A stretch of DNA of 64,000 nt from Phoronis australis (taxonomy: Eukaryota > Animalia > Phoronida), in NCBI GenBank assembly GCA_002633005.1, contig NMRA01000677.1:62001-126000 (forward strand). The letters are read 5' to 3'. Shown in pieces: positions 47,801 to 59,000 of this stretch. A program made the translations under genes and the position numbers. The number at the start of each line of letters is the position of its first letter. Within the stretch, counting starts at the first letter, position 1. The notes beneath the pieces were generated by a model. That model searched no databases. It saw nothing but the letters and a program-made list of their open reading frames with translations, and had not been told where the DNA came from.

Positions 47801-50078
47801 AGGTCTATGATAATACAGTGTGGTTCCTAGCTGTATTTTGACGTTGGTGTTCGCACAGCTAGCTGGCTGGCTCGGTTAAGGCTACCCTTCCTTAGGTATA
47901 GAGGAAGGGTTAGGGTCAGGCCTCAGGGACTGTCAACTGTTAGTTTGATGTCTTGCTTTTCTCTGCCACAGATTCGGTTCATCCTGATCCAGAACCGCGC
48001 AGGCAAAACACGTCTGGCCAAATGGTATATGCACTTTGATGATGATGAAAAACAGAAGCTCATTGAGGAGGTTCACGCTGTCGTCACAGTGCGTGATGCC
48101 AAACACACAAATTTTGTTGAGGTAAGAATTGTATTTTGCAGTCTGAATTGGCATCCTGCAATCGTCCATTCACAGGGGGTATAATGCAATTGCTCATTCA
48201 CCTGTGGGGGGCATTATTTAATTGGCCTCCTGTGAACAATTAAGTAATGCCTCATACCTGAACAGACATTTACATAATGGCCCCTCATGTGAATGGACGA
48301 TTATGTAATGGCCATTATGTAAATGTCTGTTCAGGTATGGGGCATTATTTAATTGTTCATTCACATGTGTGGGCGTTAGTTACTATTACATTCAGGTGTG
48401 GAGGCATTATGAAGGTATTATCATGTAATTATCCGTTCACTTTCAGTTGTGACATATCTACCTGCAGTCCACAAATTAACTTTTGATTTTGACAATTTAC
48501 GATTACGAATTTGGTCTCAAGTCTCAACTTGTTCCTTCGTCAAATTGGAAGTGGTTTCTGACTTCGAGAACAAGTGACAGTTTGTTACTGACTATTGAGG
48601 CCCTGCATGCTGTATAAAATTACGAGCAAGGTTAAATCAAGGTCAAATCAAACTATTGAGACTGGCCTGTGTGATCCAAAACATGTACTTGCAGTGACAA
48701 ATGTTCACCTATGTGAGGGAAACAGTGAATTACATCCCATAATGCAACATTCCAACCTCACCGACCAATCACTTGTTTGGCTGTTATTCTGCTAGAGTAC
48801 TCTTACTAGTGAGTTCTCGAGCATATTCGCGAAACACTCCCCTCTTAATATGCTTTTTGCTAGATTCTTGGGTCCAAGGAAGGCACAACTCCCCTGGTAT
48901 GAAGCCATGCGACATTTTCAGTGATAATAAATCACTTAAGTGTTTGTTCAAAAGGATTTTTCAATGCATTGTAATTTTATCCTGTAATCCAATTTTCCGT
49001 ATCATAATACACTTGGGATTTACCTGTTAATCCCGCCAGGGTCTGTTTTATGAAAGGTGACTTAAGACGGGAATTTGGTCTTAACCTGCTGCTGCTTCAC
49101 AATTACTGAGTAAAGGTTTTACCTAAGTAATTATGAACACATCACAGTCTAGAAATAATTTATAGAAATTATCTCAGTAACTAGCAGTTTTGTGTATAAT
49201 CTCAGACACTGCTTTTTTGCTCAGGTGAGATTTAATTATTTTCAGAAATATGTTGAGCGTAAGACCAAATTTCTGACTTAAGTTTTAGTCACTTTTTCAT
49301 GAAGCAGTGCCATGGTGTCTTGGTGTCTCCCCAAAATACAACACTGTTTTTTCATGCCTTCCAGTTCCGTAACTTCAAGATTGTCTACAGACGATATGCC
49401 GGCCTCTACTTCTGTATATGTGTCGATGTAGCCGATAACAACCTGGCCTACTTAGAGGCCATACACAACTTTGTTGAGGTCTTAAACGAGTACTTCCACA
49501 ACGTGTGCGAGTTGGACCTAGTCTTCAACTTTTATAAGGTTAGTGTATGTGCGTGGGGATGCTCTTGCAGTTTCTTGAGACTGGCGATGGTGTGGTGATC
49601 AGTCTCAGTGTGGAGGTGTACAAAGAAAGAACTATAGGTTTCACTTGGATTTTGTGGTCAAACTGCTGTAAGAAGTTTGTGTGAAATCTTGTGGAATGCA
49701 CGGTGACTCTCTGTTACTATGGTAATTCTTTGCTTATTCTCAACTTTTTCTGAAATTATTCAGAAGTTGATTACTTAGCCATAGAAGCAACCACTAAACT
49801 CCATTTGGAATCATGTCATTGTATGATTATGGAATGACCTAAATCCTATTAGTTAACTTCTATAATAGATTTCACTCCAAAATGGTGGAGCTGTGTTAAC
49901 TTAGTGTTCTCTCAATGAGCAACGCAGACACTGCATTGTTTGATGTAAAGTAAAATGTAGGCGTCTTTAATTTCAGGTGTATAGTGTTGTAGACGAGATG
50001 TTCCTAGCTGGAGAAATTCGAGAAACGAGTCAGACTAAAGTTTTAAAACAGCTGTATATGCTGTCATCATTAGAATGA
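44824..50078 (+). CDS. AP2S1: AP-2 complex subunit sigma, complete, 4 exons, 142 aa
   Basis: Exons 44824-44826 (ATG only), 47972-48121, 49365-49538, 49977-50078 total 429 nt. Protein: [20 protein letters not shown]...[11 protein letters not shown]...[39 protein letters not shown]. Confidence 0.97.
45761..46350. mobile_element. ~590-bp diverged fold-back element in AP2S1 intron 1
   Basis: Arms ~45761-46026 and ~46086-46350 are inverted copies (e.g. tggtcgcccaccaggcactt / aagtgcctggtgggcgacca; aactcgtgtggccggaagtaca / tgtacttccggccacacgagtt). Confidence 0.88.
46419..46742. mobile_element. MITE with ~80-bp TIRs
   Basis: ttatgcctcacactgattaaa...gacaccttaggaggc vs gcctcctaaggtgtc...tttaatcagtgtgaggcataa; TA or TTA/TAA ends. 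Confidence 0.8.
47972..48121 (+). CDS. AP2S1: AP2S1 exon 2
   Basis: cacag / gtaaga; [19 protein letters not shown]...NFVE. Confidence 0.97.
48233..48359. repeat. ~50-bp-stem inverted repeat within a repetitive block in AP2S1 intron 2
   Basis: tgaacaattaagtaatgcctcatacctgaacagacatttacataatggcc / ggccattatgtaaatgtctgttcaggtatggggcattatttaattgttca. Confidence 0.85.
49365..49538 (+). CDS. AP2S1: AP2S1 exon 3
   Basis: tccag / gttagt; [16 protein letters not shown]...FNFYK. Confidence 0.97.
49977..50078 (+). CDS. AP2S1: AP2S1 exon 4
   Basis: ttcag acceptor; [33 protein letters not shown]. Confidence 0.97.
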   Translation: MYSVVDEMFLAGEIRETSQTKVLKQLYMLSSLE

Positions 50079-51414
50079 ACTTTTCCAAGTAATCTTCATC
50101 CGCAATATATGGTACTCATTCCTGGAGTCTTGAAAGTCAAGTACAGAGAACAGTGTGTTTTCGTACAGTACTAAGGACTGGTGGGCACCAGTGCGTGTCA
50201 GATCCTGAAGAGTGATGAATTAGAAGACTGCGTGCTTCCACACGGAGGAAGGTACCATAGCCAACACTTGCTCTAATAAGGAGCTAAATTACTAAGACAA
50301 TGGGACCGTTTTATCAGAGGTAATAAGTTTTGAATCTGACGTTAAAATTTAATGATCGTCTTCACGAGTCGGGTTAATGAACTGGGCAAGGTGAAATCGA
50401 TGTTATGACCATCTTGGATAAAACGGATTTTGTGTTTTTTAAGTTCATTAAGACTTCAGCATTGATAGGTTATTCATATGGCCTAGTCGAATGTTGTGTC
50501 CCTGAATAGGTTCCCATTTCTTTAATTGTGTATGCAAAAAAATTTGAAATGAATTTTCTGGGATACAACATGAAGATATTAATATTAGACTCTGGTAGTG
50601 TCTTTAGACTTCAAAGATATGTTGGTCTCAAAATAAATATTAAAAAACTAAACACAAGTGGAGGGACATGGCAAAACGTGATACATAACAAAAAGGTTAG
50701 GAAAAATTTCTTTATTCAAAAACAGCCAAAGACAAACTTGATGCAAAACACACCATCTAAAGAAGGACCCTTTCATGAGTTTTTTAATTAGTGCATCGTA
50801 GTTTTTGGTTGTGCATAGTCATGTAGTTCAGAGATCTTTAGTTTATTGTAGACTCACTAGAGTACAGTCATGTCATAGTGTTATGCATCACAATAGACAA
50901 GTGTAATTTTGCCTTGTAAAGTATTTGTTTTCCATAGATGTCTGGTTTTGTTCTGTGGTAATGTCCAGGGTGTTCCAATATTGGTAGACATTAAGACAAG
51001 CACGGGGTCCGAGTGGGTATTTTCTTTAACTACCAACCAGTTCAACGGCCTGGGATCAAAGAAAACACTGTTGGAACATAGGCAATGTACTGTTTGTTCA
51101 TCGCAAGTAAGCGAATTGTGAGTTGAAATTCTCTGCAGGATATTCAAATTCTAGTGGTTGAAAGAAACAAAATTTTGAATGTATGAATTTTGGGTGGGCA
51201 TATAGGCAATCACGGACTTAAATTCATACAAATATGGTTTTCTAATTCAACTCCAAATGGTCAACAAATCGGCTTGCAATTCCCCAGTAAAAAGCTTTGA
51301 ATTGTCAGTTAATGCATTAATGCAGCCAGATGTAAATGCATATAATGAAGAGAGACTGCGTGTCGATGTATATATTATATATGAACCATCTTTATGTTGT
51401 ACATTTTGTAAAAT

Positions 51415-51420
51415 AATAAA
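51415..51420 (+). terminator. Candidate AP2S1 poly(A) signal AATAAA
   Basis: Preceded by TGTA motifs; another AATAAA lies at 50632-50637. Confidence 0.45.
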
Positions 51421-51717
51421 AGTGCTACTATTACTGTCACTGAGCCGTAAACATTTGTTCTCAGTCTTTCGTTCAATAACACATTCACATTTCATCTCAT
51501 TTTGTAAAATGTGTTCAGCTTTGGCTTAAAATTAATTTTACTTCATACTATGATTATTACAAACGAAGCGTCTCTGATTTCTGTAGTCAATTTCCATAAT
51601 AATGGTTGTGTAACATAACTGTACTGTTTACATTATTCACATGATTTTAACATAGTATCACCTAGAGATCATTACTGAATATATGAGCATTGACCAATCC
51701 TGTTCACAAGCATAATG

Positions 51718-51853
51718 CAGTAAAACTGGCATAAGTCAGACAGAACACTGGTTTTCCCTTTACAAAGTTCCACAATACTGTTAGACGAGTTGGATTTCGC
51801 CTTATTTAGATAAAATCTCAATCCGATGGATCAGACTTGTACGAGTTTTACTG
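51718..51853. mobile_element. Small Tc1/mariner-type MITE
   Basis: cagtaaaactggcataagtc ... gacttgtacgagttttactg|TA imperfect TIRs. Confidence 0.6.
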
Positions 51854-52014
51854 TAAGTTCAAGAGCTTGCAATTCACGTTGAACAGTTTTGTGGAATGTC
51901 AATTGGATGCACAAGTAGAAGCAAAACATTGATCATTGAATGACAATGGATGCGTGTGCGTGCTGGAGTAGGGAACTGAACTTAATGTCCACCTTATATC
52001 ACTGGCCCGCAATC

Positions 52015-52110
52015 GCAGACTTTCACACTATCCCACAATTCATTGCAGATTTTCACACTATCCCACAATTCATCACAGACTTTCACACTATCCCACAATT
52101 CATTGCAGAC
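52015..52110 (+). repeat. 30-bp tandem repeat x~3.2 (gcagactttcacactatcccacaattcatt)
   Basis: Three near-identical units. Confidence 0.95.
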
Positions 52111-52934
52111 TAATCCGTATGACGTCTGCTTTACAATTACAATGAAATGAAAGTATTTTAACAAATACAAGACAAATTAGCCATTATGATCCACTGTGAA
52201 CTAATACACTATGCACACAAGTACTGGTCTTCGCATGTTTGTTAAATATTCTTTTGTGCCGACCACAGGTGTGGCACAAGAACAGTCTCCAAATTAACAT
52301 GCCAAGTTGCAACATAATTGAATTCAACAAATTTGCGTGATCACTTACAAAAGACTCATTGCACAGCAAACTAAATAGTATTTACAATTTTGGTATCAAT
52401 GTGACCTTCACCTGCTAAAAAAGCACCCTTTTATCAAAGCTATATACTGTGATATGTAGAAAAGCAACTTCTAAGCAATAAATAGCTCACTCCCCCAAGT
52501 TGTTTCTTTTAACGTGGAGGTCGGAGTCTGAGTGCTCTTGTCATGCCCTCATTTCAAATATCACATTAAAAATCAGAGATCATCAATATCGCATCAAGAT
52601 GTAACAACATGAAAACATGCCACCTATATCAAGTGTTCTCCACGCTCAAAAATTCAAACAAGTCACGTTTACAACCACTTTGAAATTTAGACAGTGTGCA
52701 GTATGTGCATATCATAGCGAACACACAAAAACGATACATTTTTGTTCAAAATGGAAAAAAATCGCATGCTACTTAAACAGGTCAGAGGCAAAACCAAACA
52801 GGTCGCTGCGACCTGTTGAAACAGGTCATGGAGAACACTGATTATGAAATAAATGATCAATCGTGCTGCATTACAAGGACTCTCAGATGCAGCATAGCAA
52901 ATGAAACGTATAGCGCACACCTTTCGCAATAACC

Positions 52935-55900
52935 TCAGTATAATTCAAAATTGTCTCTCACATGTGCCGGTATGGGACTAAGGTCGGTTTTGTTTCCGAC
53001 GTTTTGCTTTCCCGGTCTCACCGGTGATGTGGGGAATCTACGAGGCGACTTGGTGTGTCGTGGCGACCTCGGTGATCCGGGGGAGTTCAATCGCTTCACT
53101 GGTTTCATTGGCGATCGATATCGTCCATGGGAGCCAGGCGTGACTAACCGCATGCGAGAAGATGAGTGCATGTTGCGAGGCGTCAACCCTGCGGGAGTCC
53201 TCAACCTGGAGAGGTCTCTTGTGATGAGTCCAGGCTTAATGACGGGTGTGGCAGTTGTCAGTTTAGGCTCTGGGTTCATTGCGGCTGAGCTGTTGTTGCA
53301 CTCTTTGAGAGGGGGTCGTGAACATTGCACAGGAGTCGATGGCAGTGAGGCTTTATCAGCGGAATTCTTCAACAAGTTGTAGTACTCCATAAAAGGTTGG
53401 GTTTGCATTGGTTTGGGGGTCACAGGAACGTCAGCCGAGCCTCCGGAAGTAGAGTCTGTACACACTGATGAGTCTGGATTTGGCATCAATGATTTCCTAA
53501 CCTCCGCCATGTCTACTTGTCGTTCTCGAGACATGCATTGAGTTGCACTCATGGGGGCGCTGCGTCGACGCCGTTTTCTCACGACCTTACCACTGCCTGG
53601 GTCAGCACCTTGTGACGCAGTCACCTCGTCCAAATCTCCAGCCGCAGGAGTGTGAAGATTAGTAGCGGAAGAGATACGACTGGGAGTCTTGGGTATCCTG
53701 TCACTATGAACCGTAACCTTTTCACTGAGCGGAGTGCACACATCGTTAATGGTGTCCATCAGTGACGTTGCCGGCGAGTCTTGCACATGATCAATGTCGC
53801 CTTCTTTCTTCAGCAAAACATTCAGTATTTCCTCCTGCAGCGAGGAAAGTACCTTCTGCTCACTTGGCATTGGATCACAGTCTTCGGTAGTCTTACATTC
53901 ACGGGTTTTTTCTTCAATGGTCACTTCCATCGTCTTCGATTCAACAGCTGTCAATGTGCTACCACTCGCTATTTCCTCCTCATCCACGCTTTCAGAACAA
54001 CTCTTTGAAAGACGACGGCGGCGAGCCTCGCTCAAGCTTCTCTCAAAAATCTCCGGCGGAGGAACCGACTGCACCTTTGTCGGCATCATTTCTGTCCTCT
54101 GGTCCTTCTGTAAGCGCACCAATGCCGACTCTACACTGCAGGATTTGAGCAGCTCGGTACCAATTGGAATGTTGGGCTTCCTGGACACAGAACCTCTTCG
54201 CTTTATGGCCTGTCTTGCAAGCTCTCTGAACCGTTGTGCTTCTTGATCAGTTCTGGCGAATATCGTTGGAACTCTGACCGGAGATCCTCGTCGGCGCAGA
54301 GCAGAGTTAGGAAACCTATGTGGTGAAGCGTGCTTCTCTGCCAAGCCACGATCATCATCTCGCTCTTGAATCTGCCGGAAGACTTCGACGTTGGCAGAAA
54401 CACATGCCACATCTTGCAAGTTTAGTACACTTTCATGAACAGATTTCTGGGGAACGCAGAACTCGGGTTGACTTGGGCCAAAGTTTGGAACAATTGACGT
54501 TACTTTGCGTACCTCCTGTAGATTAACAACACTCTCGTGCACAGGTTTTGTCGGCGACATAGACTGTGGAAGTCGAAGCTTAAACGGTGAAGAATTAGTC
54601 GCGTTCATATCTTCATCATTTTCACTGTTCTCCCACTCCATGGAAGCCGTTTCAGAAATCTGACTTTGCACTTTCATTGGAGCATCCACAGGCATCCCAT
54701 TACTGCATTCCCTTCGATCGTACATACTTTTGGCTCGTCGTACAGGCTTGGCAGGTTGTTGAGCTCTTCTCAGATTTTCAAAAGATGCATACTTCTTTGT
54801 AGAGCTTGAAGTGTGTGCTTTGGCGACATCATGTCCAGGTTCTACAATATGGGCATTTTCTGTCAAACCATCTGTACATAAAATGCCACTCTCTGTCAAG
54901 TCAACTGGTTTCTCCTGTATAAGGACTGATGGCTCTACACTTTCTTTCAACAAGGAAACGTCATTTGCTTCTGGCAGTGATTTCAAACTATTGGAAGAGA
55001 CTTGCAAAGGCTTGACTTTGTCGTAAGTAGACAACCGTGAACTGGTTCGGGGAATGTTGGTGATTGGTCCATATCGGTCGATGACAGTAACGACACTTGC
55101 ACTAGAACTGTTTGTGCTGTTCAGAGATGAGTCAGGACTGTCTGTCATGCTTTCGTCAACAATTTTAGGTGCCACAACTGGAACTTTGAAAACATCGTCC
55201 TCAACTACCTCATCACTGCCAGGCTTTGGAGACTGGTGGGATTCCTTAACCACTGGAATGTCAGCACTGTATGTAGAAATGTAACTCTCCGAGGCTGCGT
55301 TTTTAGCAATAGGATCTTTGACAGGGGAAGTAGGTTTCATGACAGCAGAGTTGAGCTTCTCTCTCTTCAAATTCTCCAGCAGTATCTTGGCCTTCTCTCC
55401 AGCCGGTATTACAGAAGAAGAGTCCTTCAGACTCTTATGGTTGTCTGGAATCTTGACAGAGACTGGAAGACTGATGTCACACTTCCTGAAACTTCCTCTG
55501 AGGCTTCCTTTACGCTGGAAAGGAGACGAGGGCGTGGCCTGGGCTGCACACCGAATTGGAGACATGCCCCGTCGCCCTCCCAGTCCATTCTGCACTGCAT
55601 TGGGCCTGCCTCGTTTCAGTGCTGCACGATCAGCTGACAGTGCTCGACAATGGGATCGAGATGGTCGGGGTTCATGTGACTCAGGCTCCACAGGGGCCTT
55701 CACAGCAGGTGATGCACACATCAGGTCGCGCTGTAACTGTCTTGCCAGTTCCAAATCGCTCAGGTTTAGTCCATTCTCGGTGTCTTGTAGTAACGAGACA
55801 TTTCCGCCATCGACTGTATCTCCCGAACCCACATTTTCACCTAACACACCCCTAGCCTTATTTTGTAGCATGTTTGGCCCAAGCATACGTGCGGGTGAGC

Positions 55901-56030
55901 TTGGGTGCTTTTTGTGCTTTCTGAAAACACTGTTCTTCTTTTTGTCTGCCTTCAGTTTACCACCAGGTGTCTCCGTCATCACAGTTTTTTCGCCAGCTAA
56001 CCTTGATCCAATGGCAGGGAAACCCTCATT
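52935..56030 (-). CDS. ARHGAP11A: ARHGAP11A giant last exon (3096 nt, low-complexity tail)
   Basis: ttcag acceptor in frame with the 1015-aa ORF; stop at 52935-52937. Confidence 0.9.
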   Translation of the reverse strand, partial: NEGFPAIGSRLAGEKTVMTETPGGKLKADKKKNSVFRKHKKHPSSPARMLGPNMLQNKARGVLGENVGSGDTVDGGNVSLLQDTENGLNLSDLELARQLQRDLMCASPAVKAPVEPESHEPRPSRSHCRALSADRAALKRGRPNAVQNGLGGRRGMSPIRCAAQATPSSPFQRKGSLRGSFRKCDISLPVSVKIPDNHKSLKDSSSVIPAGEKAKILLENLKREKLNSAVMKPTSPVKDPIAKNAASESYISTYSADIPVVKESHQSPKPGSDEVVEDDVFKVPVVAPKIVDESMTDSPDSSLNSTNSSSASVVTVIDRYGPITNIPRTSSRLSTYDKVKPLQVSSNSLKSLPEANDVSLLKESVEPSVLIQEKPVDLTESGILCTDGLTENAHIVEPGHDVAKAHTSSSTKKYASFENLRRAQQPAKPVRRAKSMYDRRECSNGMPVDAPMKVQSQISETASMEWENSENDEDMNATNSSPFKLRLPQSMSPTKPVHESVVNLQEVRKVTSIVPNFGPSQPEFCVPQKSVHESVLNLQDVACVSANVEVFRQIQERDDDRGLAEKHASPHRFPNSALRRRGSPVRVPTIFARTDQEAQRFRELARQAIKRRGSVSRKPNIPIGTELLKSCSVESALVRLQKDQRTEMMPTKVQSVPPPEIFERSLSEARRRRLSKSCSESVDEEEIASGSTLTAVESKTMEVTIEEKTRECKTTEDCDPMPSEQKVLSSLQEEILNVLLKKEGDIDHVQDSPATSLMDTINDVCTPLSEKVTVHSDRIPKTPSRISSATNLHTPAAGDLDEVTASQGADPGSGKVVRKRRRRSAPMSATQCMSRERQVDMAEVRKSLMPNPDSSVCTDSTSGGSADVPVTPKPMQTQPFMEYYNLLKNSADKASLPSTPVQCSRPPLKECNNSSAAMNPEPKLTTATPVIKPGLITRDLSRLRTPAGLTPRNMHSSSRMRLVTPGSHGRYRSPMKPVKRLNSPGSPRSPRHTKSPRRFPTSPVRPGKQNVGNKTDLSPIPAHVRDNFELY

Positions 56031-59000
56031 CTGAAGTCAAAGATTGTTGACCAGGTTACACAAATTAACATTTAACTTAACAAGTGCAATTCTTATGGAA
56101 TTCTTCCGTCAAAAACATGAGTAGGAAGAAGCAAAATCACACGTTTGTGTACAATCTGAGGAATTGCAGAGCAAAATCAACCAGAGGAAACCCGAGGCCC
56201 TCTGGTGGTTATACTTTAGACTAAAGTGCACATCAATGTTAAATAAATGTAGTTTGCAACCAAATGAATACGAGTCACTGTAAAATGTTTGCTAAAACCC
56301 TGTTGTTAGGTTACCAAAGAGAAATACCACTGTTTCACTATTTTAAGTCAACTGCCTTAAATGAGACCGTGCAACATAGGTACTCAACATCATGAATAAT
56401 TAATTATAAATTTGATGTTGGTTTTAATGGAACAATAGTAGTTAAAATAGCCAATCATACCTGACTGGTGTTTTTATTGCCTCCACTGAGACGTCGCAAG
56501 AAGCCACCTCGCTTGCTTTTCCGGGCTGGCGACTGTTTTGGGGTCTCAGGCCTGTAAAAACAGTTGTTGAGATGTGGTTTAGATGAGAAACACCAGGCCA
56601 GACCTTGGTCAGATTCAGATGCTAATATACACTACTTAAACTGAGATTCCAAATCTAAGAAGATAAGAGACAGGAAATTTCAGTGGCTTAGTAGCAGTAA
56701 ACATCCTTTGATAAAAGAAATCAAGTTCCATGCTTCCTTGAACAGTCATTTCCACTAGAGAAAATTCTAACTGCAAGTTACAAAATAATAACCCGTAAAA
56801 ACATGTGCCTCACAAATTATGATTCGAAAAACAAAAATGACAATTAGCTGTCAAAATATCAACAAAACTGAGAAAACAACCTGTTAACAAATCAATTACC
56901 AAGTTCCCAGATTCTCATTTGCTTAATTCTACACCTGGTTCTAAGATTCGCAGACCTCTGGCTATTCGTAAGCAAATTCAACCAGTAAAACTACTTTATA
57001 CAAAAGCAGTCATGCACCCCTAATAAAAAACACAAAGTCATACTGCACCTCTTCTTTTTCTTCGGAGAGACCACCTTTTTCACGTCGGGACTTCCAACAA
57101 ACTCTGGGACAGCGGCACCCTGGGAGAACTCTATTATGGGAGACGCGTCAAATTTCTGCACAGGACCTATTCGGGTTAAAAGGAGGCAATAAACTCCAAC
57201 ACCTGATACACAAATAGTTGTTGCTAAAATTTATTTCATCTGTCACTGACAAGCAGATTTTCTGTCGCAGTACTTCCATGTATCTGGTTACTGTCAAGAT
57301 TGGAATGTCATGAATTACAGGAAGCATTTATATTGGCACAAAACTTCAAGACTACATCAAAACTCATGCACGTACGGGTTCACAGCTAGCATGACTATTG
57401 TGCTGGTACACATACATTTCCATGCAGTTATCCACGTGTGAACTATGTTCAGGCTAGAGCTCATAAGTGGCATTGTTGGCTTGCTACATTGCCTCAAACA
57501 TGTTTACCATAGTTTGAAATAGAAGTTATGGATTTTAGAGCACGTGTAAGTGCAGTTTCCCTTTAAACTAAACAACGACCTATTGGAAACTTCTAAAGCT
57601 GTATTAGCAAAAGATCTCAAAACATCAAGTTTTGAATTTCCCTTTTCAATAGGTGGCTTGTGACATGAAACTTCATGTTATTAATGCACAGTCACAGAAA
57701 ACTTCCCATACCGATTCCATGAATTTAAGGCAGAAAAAGGTCATATCGACTGACAGCTGGGCGATTATCGGGAGTGCCGGCTGGGCATCAACAAAAAAAT
57801 CTCAAACTGGTGCAACTGATCCAATAAAAAATCTCCTGATCCCGCTATCATGCATATATCAGTGGGATCAGCAGACTGTTGCCCAACATGTGATCAAGGC
57901 AGAAGTTAAAGCAACTGACAGCACTACTGTAACATTTACCATAAATGCATTAGGTACACCTGCCTATGAATGAAGCTGTGGTTATAACTGGAGTTAGGCA
58001 CACGTGCCTATATGTGAAACTCTGGACGGAAACTGAGAAGCAAATATTTTGATTAAGTTGAGTTAAGCTTGACTTAACCGGTACAAAATGGTAGTGATTG
58101 ACTTGCCTTCAATTTAACCTCAACTGTTATCGAAATGGACACACAATTCACAAAAAACAATCAGATATTCAAGGTATAACCACCTGTGCTTATAAGGGAA
58201 ACTTAAGTAAACAAATTTCTTTGGAAAAACACACTATTTGGGATACAGGTGCATTAACCCCTAAGTACGCACATATACGGTAAGCATGCCTGCCTACGTG
58301 ATCAACTGACCTCCTGCTGTTTTCTTGACACTTCGCATGACCGATGCTGGCGTATATGGCGTACTGATCTGTTGCAGGATAGCCTTCCTACAATAAGTGA
58401 CAATCACAGAGCGGTAATGTAATTATGATGAACTTAAGATTATCAAAACAACCATTACCTTCATAGTTGTCTTACTAAAGCTTGAGATATTTTAGCACTG
58501 CACGATAACTAAAGGTTGGATGTACCAATACCCAATAAAGCCATAATTGACCGTTAATGTGCACTGTGTGCATAAGAAATTAAAAATTAATAATTAGTCC
58601 AAATAATGAGCCCACTCCTCAAAATTTCTTGAAAATAACAATAACCTCCCCTGCATCCAAGGGCTTTTAATATTTCATATCTGCACAAACCTTTTAGTGG
58701 CAGAGAACGGCGCCATGTCATCTTCGGCCTTACGTTTCCTCATGACCTTTGGCGTGGCGTCAACAAATCCCCCGGTTAGGTCAACATCCATAGCTGACGA
58801 GTCGCAGTCCTGATTGGACGACAGCATGGAGTCAGAGGTCAATGATTGTCGTGACCCAGTCTTTCGCCACTTCACCAGGCTTTCTTTAATGTTGCTGACC
58901 AAACCTGTAGAATAGAATACAGAACATCAATACAAGTGAGATTTATATTTTATCAAAAGGTTGTAAGTCCAGTGTTTGCTAATAAAATTCTAACTTTTGA

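Noticed and set aside
47905-47925. ggttaggg telomere-like motif
   Set aside because: A single unit, typical of HINE-like repeat fragments rather than a telomeric array.
55318-56034. 238-aa plus-strand ORF and other antisense ORFs across 52951-56034
   Set aside because: Antisense shadows of the long ARHGAP11A exon; no recognisable domain.
57039-57048. Stronger-looking donor (gtatga) 5 nt downstream of the chosen ARHGAP11A donor
   Set aside because: It shifts the frame and causes a stop early in the last exon.
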